Below, one piece after another: positions 8,724 to 18,305 of a stretch of DNA of 64,000 bases. The notes under the pieces are model-generated. The model worked only from the letters and a program-made list of their open reading frames with translations, ran no database searches and had not been told where the DNA came from. A program made the position numbers and the translations under genes. Every line of letters begins with the position of its first letter. The first letter of the stretch is position 1. The DNA is from Parachlamydiales bacterium (lineage in GTDB: Bacteria > Chlamydiota > Chlamydiia > Chlamydiales > CALOCV01): assembly GCA_942491955.1 (NCBI GenBank), contig CALOCV010000030.1, forward strand, positions 8,473 to 72,472. The letters are read 5' to 3'.

Positions 8724-10010
8724 ATGACGATTTTTGTTGAAGGCCTTGGCGAAGTCCAAATCGTCAATAACGAATATACCCACCCTGATGTCGGACGTGA
8801 GTACAAGCGACAAATCGCAGTGCTGACGGATATTTTTGCCCGCCGACCCTCCGTTACAGGAACCGACGCAAGCACTTCCTTTTCGGCTGCAGATCACGAC
8901 GCCATTGTCAATGCCATAAAGGCACTTCGAAACCTTGCGCAAAATGGTTTGGAACGAAACGTCGTTTTGGGAAATCCAAATTCCCCAACAGAGCGTTTTT
9001 TCCTCACGACAGAAATGGCAAATAACCTCGATCTCGTCCTCCGTTCTCTCAAAATAGCAGGCATCACTACCCCTCCAGCCGCTCTTAACGGTGTAGATAA
9101 AAAAAATGCCGTTATCAATTGGATCGACCTCGCTGGATTTGGTGTGGCAGAAATCTTGCAAAGCGCTGTCAGTGCAGGCATCAATAACCGTTCTATCCAA
9201 AGCCTTTTAGAACTCGAGTATGTAAAAACGGGAAATGATGTGATTTTTACGGCTCTTACCAATCTTGAAGAGGCTCTTGGGATCACAAAAGAGGTCCTAG
9301 AGACCTTAGAACAAGTACAAGCGCTGCGCAATCAAGTGGCGCTACAAAGCCTTCCCACATTGAGCGCATTCCTGGAAGAAAATTTTCCCCAACTTCTCCC
9401 TCAAGGGTCGGGTCTTCCTGTTGTCGATGGAGACCTCTGGGTAACCCAATACTCGGCAGCGCTAGCCGATTACGTCAAACTCGTTGTACCGAGTTATACA
9501 GGAGATCCCAATCAACTTGCATTTAGCATTTTTGATCTACGCGCCAAGCTCAATAGCCAACTTCTTCGCCTGGAACAAGTAAGCCCAGAAAATACCCGCA
9601 GTGTGGAAGGAACGCTCGCATTTAATATCAACGAAATCATTAAAGCAATCAGCCTGGTATTTACCAGCCGTACCATTGTATCGGGAGGCACATCTCTCGT
9701 CTTCCACGACATCAACTCTCCTCCATCCGCTCTTCGACGAGCAGCCATTAACTTTCTCCTCGTTAACACGGGCGAAGAGCAGCTACTCAGCGCAACATTT
9801 CAATCGCTTCGCGAGGAACTCAACGCCGATTTCAACTTAGAAAACTCGATTAGCACAGCAATCACTTCAGCAGAATCGCTGAATGATACGCAAAAGCAGG
9901 ATGTTCGACGGTTTTTGTTTGTTTTTGAAGAATTTTATAAATCAGCAAGTGCCGTATTAACAAAAATGTCGCAAATCATCGATAAATTTGCTCAAAATAT
10001 TGCAAGGTAA
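8724..10010 (+). CDS. Hypothetical protein (428 aa)
   Basis: Long ORF with aaggag 8 nt upstream of the ATG. Confidence 0.6.
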   Translation: MTIFVEGLGEVQIVNNEYTHPDVGREYKRQIAVLTDIFARRPSVTGTDASTSFSAADHDAIVNAIKALRNLAQNGLERNVVLGNPNSPTERFFLTTEMANNLDLVLRSLKIAGITTPPAALNGVDKKNAVINWIDLAGFGVAEILQSAVSAGINNRSIQSLLELEYVKTGNDVIFTALTNLEEALGITKEVLETLEQVQALRNQVALQSLPTLSAFLEENFPQLLPQGSGLPVVDGDLWVTQYSAALADYVKLVVPSYTGDPNQLAFSIFDLRAKLNSQLLRLEQVSPENTRSVEGTLAFNINEIIKAISLVFTSRTIVSGGTSLVFHDINSPPSALRRAAINFLLVNTGEEQLLSATFQSLREELNADFNLENSISTAITSAESLNDTQKQDVRRFLFVFEEFYKSASAVLTKMSQIIDKFAQNIAR

Positions 10011-10026
10011 TGTAAGGAGAAACAGT

Positions 10027-11358
10027 ATGGCAGTGAATGATGATTTTTTCTTTGATGATGGAGTCCAACGACTCGATTTTCTTGCGACTCTTGACGCCGA
10101 ATTTCTCGAATTCCAAGGCTCTCTTGGGGAGGATGTATTTCGCAATGGAGTTGCCCAATTTATTTTTGAAAATGCTCCAGGCTTTGTTGGAGGTCTTCTC
10201 GGAGGTGGAACCCAAGAAAACGTGGCAAAGGTGATTTCTGCTGCCTTAAGCAAATTCTCTGCAGGAGGGAATGCTCTCCCGCGTAATTTTAACATGTTTG
10301 TTGAACAATTGATTACCAATCTAGATACCCCCGTCGCCCCAGATCTTGAGGTGGTCAAAGAGGCCATTGTCCGCCAATTTGGCATTGCTGTCGGGATTCG
10401 CGATAAAACAACCGGTGAACTCCTTCCTAACCTTGGAGAGTGGGCTCCTTTAGCTAACGTCTCTGGAGGTCTTGATGAAGAGACACTCTTTGCACAAGCT
10501 TTTGGTGAATTCGTCCGCACCTATCCTTATGGAGAACAAGGACAAATTTCTGATGATATCGCACCCCCTTCAGGAGACACCTCAGCTTTTCTTAATTTTA
10601 CAGCAAACCTCCATAAATTCTTTATTCACGTCGCTCGATTACAAGAAGATCCCGTGCCAGGATCCCTTCTTTCAGAAGGTTCAGGAACCAACCTCATCAG
10701 CTACGAAAGAATCTATAATGGATTCTTTCCCGATAATCCCAACGGTTTTCAACCCCGTCTTGTCGAATTTTATCAGAAAAAAATTGAAGATGATGGATTT
10801 TTCCTACCTAGCCAAGCCGTTGACGACTGGGTCGACAGCCTAAAAAGCGAACTTTTGAGTGGGATGGAAGAACTTCTCGACGCCCCATTCCTTACTTCTG
10901 TAACCGGAAACAATTCAGAAAAAGTCGGCATCCTCAATCGCATCATATTCCTTGTCAGTCGCCTTGTGGAAACTCTACAACGCGTTGCTGCCACTCAGGC
11001 ACGCCAACTCGACATCCTCACCAACCTGCAGAAGAACTACACGGATATGCAATCCCAAATTCCTGTCGTTTCCGCTTCAACAACAGGTATTGGTCAACAA
11101 ATCAACGAACCGCCTGATGATAGTGATGACGACAGTGAACTTGCAAAAAACGATGCGGAAAGACGACAAAACATCAATACCAACATTAGTCAAAGAGCCA
11201 TCGAAACCATTCGAGGAAGAAAGCAATTAGAAGAAAATAAGGCAAAAAAAATCCAGTCGCTTGTTAACCAAGCCAATGACGCTGTTAACCAACAGGCAGA
11301 GATCGCAACGGCATTGTTGCAACAATTGAGTAGTCTGCTACAAGCGCTTTATCGTTAA
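10027..11358 (+). CDS. Hypothetical protein with C-terminal Q/N/L-rich coiled coil (about 443 aa)
   Basis: ORF 9988..11358. ATG 10027 is preferred as the start because aaggag lies at 10013-10018. The C-terminus ends ...ATALLQQLSSLLQALYR. Confidence 0.6.
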   Translation: MAVNDDFFFDDGVQRLDFLATLDAEFLEFQGSLGEDVFRNGVAQFIFENAPGFVGGLLGGGTQENVAKVISAALSKFSAGGNALPRNFNMFVEQLITNLDTPVAPDLEVVKEAIVRQFGIAVGIRDKTTGELLPNLGEWAPLANVSGGLDEETLFAQAFGEFVRTYPYGEQGQISDDIAPPSGDTSAFLNFTANLHKFFIHVARLQEDPVPGSLLSEGSGTNLISYERIYNGFFPDNPNGFQPRLVEFYQKKIEDDGFFLPSQAVDDWVDSLKSELLSGMEELLDAPFLTSVTGNNSEKVGILNRIIFLVSRLVETLQRVAATQARQLDILTNLQKNYTDMQSQIPVVSASTTGIGQQINEPPDDSDDDSELAKNDAERRQNINTNISQRAIETIRGRKQLEENKAKKIQSLVNQANDAVNQQAEIATALLQQLSSLLQALYR

Positions 11359-11382
11359 TTTTATGGAGAAAAGGAGGGGAAA

Positions 11383-11955
11383 ATGAAAAGTGGAAAAGGA
11401 GCCAAGACGCAAATGAAAAAAGCTGCGCTCGACATCGCCCAAGAAAATGCGGAAGAACTTGGTGGACAGCTCAGCCAAGTGATAGACAAAGTCCTAAAAG
11501 GAGGGATGCTTGTCAAAGACGCTATGGGCTTAAACGAGACCGTTGTCGAAGGGATCTACGCACAAGCATATCGCCTCTATAACACAGGAAAATACATCGA
11601 AGCCAGCCACCTTTTTCGAATGCTTATTGCCATCAACCCAACAGAAGCCAAATACACCCTTGGTCTAGCCGCTTGTTTTCACATGTTAAAAGAGTACCGC
11701 AATGCCGTGCAGGCCTATACGATTTGTGGATTGATCGATCCCGAAAACCCCGTCCCTCACTACCACGCTTCCGATTGCTATATCCAGCTCAAAGACATCT
11801 TATCAGCAATTGTCGCCCTCGAGATCACCATCAAGCGTTCAGGAGAGAAAAAAGAGTACACCACAATCAAAGACCGCGCTCGGATGACTCTTGAAGGCTT
11901 AAAAAAAGAGTTTAAAGAAAATCCTCCCCCTCCACCACAAAAAGAGGGTGAGTAA
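11383..11955 (+). CDS. T3SS class II (translocator) chaperone, TPR, LcrH/SycD/Scc family
   Basis: TPR pattern YRLYNTGKYIEASHLFRMLIAINPTEAKYTLGLAACFHMLKEYRNAVQAYTICGLIDPENPVPHYHASDCYIQL. Strong RBS (aaggagggg). Lies directly upstream of a hydrophobic translocator-like gene. Confidence 0.7.
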   Translation: MKSGKGAKTQMKKAALDIAQENAEELGGQLSQVIDKVLKGGMLVKDAMGLNETVVEGIYAQAYRLYNTGKYIEASHLFRMLIAINPTEAKYTLGLAACFHMLKEYRNAVQAYTICGLIDPENPVPHYHASDCYIQLKDILSAIVALEITIKRSGEKKEYTTIKDRARMTLEGLKKEFKENPPPPPQKEGE

Positions 11956-12123
11956 AATATATATTTTAACAATATACATTTGGGTAAGTGCCGCGTAACT
12001 TTGTAGATAGAGAAGCTTAGGAAAATCGTGTCCCCTCCCTAGATAACTATGTTTCTCTCATCATACCTTACAAGGGGGCAAAGCACTTACCCCATTTTTG
12101 ATTATTACCCAACGGAGGTCATC

Positions 12124-14383
12124 ATGACATCGCCAGATACCATCTCGGGTCCACGAAGAGACTGGCGAGATTTTTCGGTAGGCGCAAGCCAAACTTCTGC
12201 ATCTGAAAGAGCTTCGGGAGCGACCTTATCCCCTTTCGCTGCCGACGTTATCACAAGCCAACTCAACCAACAAGATAGCGCGGTTGAACGCCAACAATAT
12301 CACGCCAATCCGCAGAGCCCACAACTCGAAAACCCTGACGAAGAAGAAGCTCGGGAAGGAGGCGAATCGGTTGCTACAAGACGCCCCTATAAACGAACGG
12401 ATCGAGCCGTTATCTTGCGCGAATTCAGTACCGCATACCAGCAAGAAGTCGTTCGTTACGCATCGCAGCAAAGCCCCCCTCTTACAGAAGAAGAGATGGA
12501 TCGTTTAATGCGCGCCTTAGAGAATCCCGACGACCCCGATATCGATGAAGAAACCCAACAACTGGCGGAACAATTGGGTCAACAAGCCGAGCAGACAATC
12601 CGTCAACAATTCCATCTTCCTCCCACATGGACGCCAAAAAAGCACTTCACAAAGAGATTGGACCCCAACAACCGAATATGGAGGAGAATCTACAGCTGAA
12701 GAGCCCTATACCCTAGAACAACAGACAGAGATCAACAATGCTTACCAACAAACTGTGCAACAAAAGACACAAATGATATCGCGCAATGCTTACGACCCTC
12801 CACTCACTGATGAAGAAATGGCAGCCATTGCCCAACTTGCCGAAAACCCCCAATCCGGTGCAGCAGAAGGACTCCGTCCAGAGGTAGCCGCCCTTGCACA
12901 ACAAGTCCGGCAGCAATCCCTTAGCCAGATACGAGCAACCTATGCCCTCCCCGACACCTGGGTTCCTGGAACGACAGACCAGCTAAATTGGACCCCAATT
13001 ACTGTCGATGGCGTTGTGCCCAATGCCAGAGGGCAAGCAGCAGGCGACGATTTATTGATCAATACAGGACAATATTTGAATGAAAACGAAGAGGCGATGC
13101 AGAATCTTCAAGGCTCCATTCCTCCCAACCATCCAGGACAAATCTCCATTCAAGACTTCATGAAAGCCATTGCAGAAGCGATCCAAGAATTTAAGAAATT
13201 CCTCTACGAAGAGCAGTCACGTAGCGATGCAAAATGGGTGCAAGGGTTTACCGATGAAAGGCAAAAAGCGATCAAGCAACAAGGATACGAACACGAAGAG
13301 ATAATGGAACTGACCAAAAAAGGTGAAAAAAAACAAAAGATCATGTCGGGCCTGAAAATTGGTATGTACGTAGCGGCTGCTGTTATCGCTTTGGCTGGAA
13401 TGATCTCAGCGGTTTTCACAGGAGGATCTGGAGCCCTTCTTGTCGCCGTCGCCGTCACGCTCATCTCCATTGCTGTTAGCGTTGCTGACTCGCAAACCGG
13501 TTTTATGAGTAAGGGAATCACAGCTGCCGTTGACGGTTTAGCCAGTGCCGTTGTTGAGATGTCCGGAGGAGCTATTAGCGAAGATGATGCAAAAATCATT
13601 AGCGGTGTCACCCTCCTCATCATCGCCATCGCGGTTACAGTCGCCTTGGTTGCCGCATCCGGTGGAGGAGGTTCCTCGGGTGTACAAGCAACGTCGAGCA
13701 TTGTCAAAGAGACCGTCAAAGCGACGGCTCTGAACGTTTCCATGGCTCTTGTTGTCGCTGCTATCGGTCCTCTTACCATGAACGTCGTCGAACAAATCAT
13801 CAAGCAAGCCGATCCGAATATGTCTGAAGAGACCCGAAAACTCATTGCCATGCTCACTTCTCTTCTCGTCACCCTGGCAGCAGGTGCTGCAATGGGAGCT
13901 ACAATGAGCAAAGGAATGAAGAATATTGAAGGAGCTAAAGGGAGTGGTGGAACCGCACAAGCAACAGGAACCACAACAGCAACAGCGAATGAAGGAGCCA
14001 GCATGGCAAAACGCATGATGGAGCAGGCGAAACAAGCATGGAGTAATTTACCTCAAGACACCAAGAATTCCCTATCTGGAGCAGCCGATAAGATGACAGC
14101 CGGAGTCAATATTGGACTCCCCGCCACTCAAGGAGCCATGTCCATGGCAATGGGTGCCATGCTATTGCAACAGGCGCAAATCGAAAAAGAAAAAGGGTAT
14201 GCTGAAGCTGATATCCACGCGATACAAGCGTTGATCAAACTTCTCGATAAACTTTTAGAACATATGCAAAGCACGATCGGTGGAGAGATGAAAATGATCG
14301 GCTCTCTGGACAATGTACAAAAAAACATGTACAGAGGAGCTTCAGCAGAATTGAGCAAAGGCTGGAATGCCGTGCAAGCGTAA
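12124..14383 (+). pseudogene. CopB/YopB-like hydrophobic T3SS translocator candidate, frame broken at an A6 run
   Basis: ORFs 12049..12699 (frame 1) and 12545..14383 (frame 2). ggagg lies 7 nt before ATG 12124. The central region has long hydrophobic segments (IGMYVAAAVIALAGMISAVF..., LLIIAIAVTVALVAA...). The junction is at ccaaaaaagc, 12636-12641. Confidence 0.55.
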
Positions 14384-14395
14384 AGGAAGGGTTTC

Positions 14396-14953
14396 ATGAC
14401 AGATATTTTTCAACTCGACAAAGTCATGGAAGAGATTGGCGATGAAATTGCCAAAGATCTCTCTTCTGAAGAAAAGAAGGAGATGGAAGAGGCCATTCTC
14501 AAACATCTAACCACGGGAATTCCTCCTCTTCAAGCTCTTGGATTCAGCAAGGAGATGGTTGACGCTTTGTATACTGTCGGACATCAACTCTATCGCGCGC
14601 AAAAGTATGATCAAGCCGCCTCTGTCTAACAAGTATTGGCTCGCCTTGATCCGAGCAATTTTCGCGCCTATTTTGGACAAGCCATCTGTGCCCATAAGCA
14701 AAAGAAATACACCATTGCTCTGATCCATTATTTTACCTCCATTCATTACGCACAAGACGATCCCCTTCCCCGCTATCACCTCGCTCACTGTTTCCGCGAA
14801 CTCAAGCGTTACCGAGAAGCCACCATCATGCTTCGCCTAGCCATTGATTTGGCAAAGACTAACGAGAAAAAATATAGCGCTCTTGGAGAAAGAGCACGCC
14901 TTTGGCTCAAAGCCATGATTAAAGAGAGTAAAAAGAAAAAAGTTCCCGCATAA
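14396..14953 (+). pseudogene. Second LcrH/SycD-type TPR chaperone, interrupted by an in-frame TAA
   Basis: ORFs 14396..14629 and 14636..14953 are in the same frame. TAA at 14627-14629 sits inside a TPR helix (..YRAQKYDQAASV*QVLARLDPSNFRAYFGQAICAHKQKKY..PRYHLAHCF). Confidence 0.65.
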
Positions 14954-14965
14954 AGGAAAACCACC

Positions 14966-15634
14966 ATGATTCCATTTGGCAACGTCCCTATCGACCCACC
15001 CACCCGTCAGCTTCCAGGAGGATTGGAGACCGATCGTCCCGATTTCCGCCACCATCAACAAGTCACCGATCCCCATCACGGCACCAACATCAACGTCATT
15101 GCCAGCGATAGTGAGCTTAACATCGACGTCCCCATCAACGTACTTGCAAGGAATATCGGTTTCCAGCAAGCAGAAGCCTCCTATCCCCTTCTTCTTCCTA
15201 TTGCATTGCTACGTGGTGAAACACCCCGTCTTCTCGCAGAGAGTCCTTTAGCTAAAGAACGCTATAAAAAATTGTTGCGCCGCCTATCGCCTGCCTTACG
15301 CGAAGCGATCGAAGCCAATGAAGGACTGCCCAAAGAACATCGCGATGGAGCATTGACCGGTTTTGCAGAGAGTCTGCAGTGGATGGCCCTTTTCATGACC
15401 AGTTTCCAAGGTTTTGGAAAGAAAGAGGTGGAAGGAGATCCTGAGAAAGAGGCTAATGCCCTAACCATGGGATGGGGAGAAACATTAGATGAAGAAGGGA
15501 GCATTTTTGTCGGAGCTCTACAAGATTATCTTACCCAATTTGATGGAGGCGCTCCTGAAAGAGAAATTCTTTCGACCCTCTTCTATGAAATGCGCGACGC
15601 CGTCCCAGAAAGCCCAATGACAGAGGAGGAGTAA
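14966..15634 (+). CDS. Hypothetical protein (222 aa)
   Basis: ORF in the operon, with an RBS-like aaggaaa upstream. Confidence 0.5.
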   Translation: MIPFGNVPIDPPTRQLPGGLETDRPDFRHHQQVTDPHHGTNINVIASDSELNIDVPINVLARNIGFQQAEASYPLLLPIALLRGETPRLLAESPLAKERYKKLLRRLSPALREAIEANEGLPKEHRDGALTGFAESLQWMALFMTSFQGFGKKEVEGDPEKEANALTMGWGETLDEEGSIFVGALQDYLTQFDGGAPEREILSTLFYEMRDAVPESPMTEEE

Positions 15635-15635
15635 C

Positions 15636-16043
15636 ATGTCTCTCTCTCCTTATCAGCAACAGGAACGGTGGCAAACCTTGTTGGAGAAATTGGAAAACCA
15701 CCCCTATCTAGAAAACCAATTATACGCCCTCCACCCATGGATTCGGAACCGACAACTGCAACTCTCTCTCGACAATGCCGGTGTCGCTGCACCCTTTCTC
15801 GTCGGATGCTGTGCAGCAACGATCGGGATCTATAACGAAAAAAGTGCAACAGGATGGATGGGTCCTGGGATTGAAGCCATAGCAAAAGGGGTTAAAAAAT
15901 TTTGGAAGCTCTCTCTCCCCTCTCTTTCCATCGGTGATCAATGCCTTCTGGAAGCCGTGACCGACCTCTATATTCTATCGATCGCCTTTTTTTTCCCTCT
16001 ATACGTTACAAGGAGGGGCACTTGGAGGAAAAGGGTTGTCTGA
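15636..16043 (+). CDS. Hypothetical small membrane protein (135 aa)
   Basis: ORF with gaggagg upstream and hydrophobic segments (APFLVGCCAATIGIY; LYILSIAFFFPLYV). Confidence 0.45.
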   Translation: MSLSPYQQQERWQTLLEKLENHPYLENQLYALHPWIRNRQLQLSLDNAGVAAPFLVGCCAATIGIYNEKSATGWMGPGIEAIAKGVKKFWKLSLPSLSIGDQCLLEAVTDLYILSIAFFFPLYVTRRGTWRKRVV

Positions 16044-16581
16044 CGAACAAAAAAACGACAAAGAAGAGACCTACCGCATCAACACTCTGCTCTTTTTCAT
16101 GGGATCAGAAACCATGCGCACTCTTGTGATGGAAACGATGACTCTCCTAGGAAAGAGCAAAAGCATACGAAATCAAAGTGGAGAGTTAGCTCGACTGTTG
16201 AGCCTTTTTTTAAGCCTTTTATTTATCCAAAAAGAGAATCCCCAACAATTTGAAGAAGTATTTACCGAGCTACAGCCTTTTGTAGAAAAAACCATCCATA
16301 GCGTGGAAGAAAGTATCGAATCGCTACAAGAACAACCGACACAGGAAATCGCAAGATGGATCACAACCCTACAGACACTTCTATTCGCTTGGAAAAATGA
16401 AGACCCCTCTTCCTGGAAGAAGAACCTTCCCTCTCTTTGGGAAGTCCTTGGAGTCAAACAAGAAGAGATCGACCGAGATATCGAGCGTCTCCGGACAAAA
16501 ATCGAACAACTCGGTGATGAAATCCAACAATCCTTCTTACGGAGAGATGAAGCGGTGACCAGTGTTACCCAGTCCGTTTGA
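16036..16581 (+). CDS. Hypothetical protein (181 aa)
   Basis: ORF with a TTG start 7 nt after ggagg. Overlaps the previous gene by 8 nt. Confidence 0.45.
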   Translation: MSDEQKNDKEETYRINTLLFFMGSETMRTLVMETMTLLGKSKSIRNQSGELARLLSLFLSLLFIQKENPQQFEEVFTELQPFVEKTIHSVEESIESLQEQPTQEIARWITTLQTLLFAWKNEDPSSWKKNLPSLWEVLGVKQEEIDRDIERLRTKIEQLGDEIQQSFLRRDEAVTSVTQSV

Positions 16582-16605
16582 AGAAAAAAAAATATATAGG
16601 AGGAC

Positions 16606-17946
16606 GTGATGGAACCGATTGGAATCCCTCCACCCAACGTCAACCCACCTCAAGGGTGGGAAGAAGATGATGTCGAAGCAACAGAAGCCGGTACCGCAGC
16701 GGGAACAGGGGCTACTGGTCGTGTGTCGGAGAAACAGCAGAGTGATGTCCTCTCGCAAGCAGGGCATAAAAGCGGCACAGACGATGCCCAATTCTCTTTC
16801 GATGACAAGGAAATTGACCGACGGCTTGCTACGAATAGCAGCTCTTATGATCGCCTACAAGGACCAGCAACGACAAAAACCACTGCAGGAGATCCCGTTT
16901 TAGGAACGGAAGGAGTGGGCAATCAATGGTTTAATACATCGGCACTCGCCATTTTGTCGTACTATCTCCTTATGATCCAGGAAGCGTTCATGAAGTCACA
17001 GCTGCTTGATAACAACTATGTAACACAAACCATTGGCATGTTTTCTCAACTCGCAAAAGATGTGAAAAAACTCGATGAGTTCGCTGCTGACAAAAACTTC
17101 CAAAAAGAATTTGCCTCAGCGATGGGACAATTTGCCCAAGGAACGATGTCGATGAGCAATGCCGCTGTACAAGGGACGCAATTCGTGCAATCGCGCAGTG
17201 AGATGAACGCACAGCTCCAACAGAAACAGGCAGAATCCAATATGGGGTATTATAAAAATGACACCGATCAAACGATAGCCGTCGACTTAGGAACAGGAAA
17301 GGCAACTAATACAAAAACTGGAGAGAAAATACAAATTGACCATAACAAACTTAGTGATAAACAACTACGAGAAATCCACGACCAATCTGTACCCCCTCCA
17401 CAAAATGCTCCGCCGGCTGGCACTGGGCAAGTACGGTTGGCTCAATCATATCTCAATAAAAGGGAATTGGAAAGAACAAAACCCGTAAAACCCACTAGTG
17501 ATGACCCCGTCGCACAAGCGCAGCATCAGCGCGACCAAACGCGTTATGATCGCGAAGTGAGAAAGACCGATAATGATATCTACCAACAAAAAGATGATCT
17601 CAGACGGTCAGGTGATGATGTGGCCAACCTGACCCGTTTCAAAAATGCTCGTGCAATGGGAGAGGCCGACCAAAAAACTACATGGTGGACTCGAGGAGTC
17701 TCGCAAGCATTAGGAAATTGGGCCGATGGTACCTCACGGCTTTTTAGCGCCGTTTACGGTAAAGAGGCGGAAATGGCCAAAGCTCAATCTCAATACAAAC
17801 AATCGGGTGAACAACTTATTAGCCGCTGGATGGACCGTTCGACGGAAGATAGGAAAAAAAGTTACGACAACATTAACCAATTGATCGAATTTATGATGCA
17901 AATGCAAAATGAATTGGCTAAATTGGGCATTGGATATAACCGATAA
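16606..17946 (+). CDS. Hypothetical protein (446 aa), possible second translocator/secreted protein
   Basis: ORF with aggagg upstream, one hydrophobic segment (ALAILSYYLLMIQEAF) and coiled-coil-rich sequence. Last gene of the block. Fragments of it recur at 24094-24171 and 32684-32720. Confidence 0.5.
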   Translation: MMEPIGIPPPNVNPPQGWEEDDVEATEAGTAAGTGATGRVSEKQQSDVLSQAGHKSGTDDAQFSFDDKEIDRRLATNSSSYDRLQGPATTKTTAGDPVLGTEGVGNQWFNTSALAILSYYLLMIQEAFMKSQLLDNNYVTQTIGMFSQLAKDVKKLDEFAADKNFQKEFASAMGQFAQGTMSMSNAAVQGTQFVQSRSEMNAQLQQKQAESNMGYYKNDTDQTIAVDLGTGKATNTKTGEKIQIDHNKLSDKQLREIHDQSVPPPQNAPPAGTGQVRLAQSYLNKRELERTKPVKPTSDDPVAQAQHQRDQTRYDREVRKTDNDIYQQKDDLRRSGDDVANLTRFKNARAMGEADQKTTWWTRGVSQALGNWADGTSRLFSAVYGKEAEMAKAQSQYKQSGEQLISRWMDRSTEDRKKSYDNINQLIEFMMQMQNELAKLGIGYNR

Positions 17947-18305
17947 ACAAAGCCGATCACCTTTGACCACCTTCTTCGGAGAAAGAGAGAAGAGGGTGGT
18001 TTTTCTATATTTTTAAGAATCAAATCATTTTAACGCAAATTTTTGTCTATTTTTCTACGCTTTCAGCAACAGGACAAGGCACTCGCATCTAAAAATTATT
18101 GAGGTAAGTATCTCGTTTAAGTAGCAGAAAATCGAGGTTTTTATAAACTAGGGGACAAAATTTCCACTTGATCTAAGGGCTTGCATTATAACTTACTAAC
18201 ATTCTAATGCTTGTGCCTCATTAACTTTTCTTGTTTTTTTAGCAAAATTTTCTTGCTATAAAAATACGATTTATTTAACCTTGGGGCTTCTTTTAGGAGC
18301 CAAGT

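Noticed and set aside
13204-14035. Long antisense ORFs (270 aa and 165 aa) inside the CopB-like gene.
   Set aside because: They are low-complexity Ala/Pro/Thr-rich mirror images of the hydrophobic Ala/Gly/Val-rich sense sequence, with no RBS or motif.
16606-17946. Calling the 446-aa protein CopD.
   Set aside because: Only position and one hydrophobic segment support it, and no motif-level evidence is visible. It is left as hypothetical.
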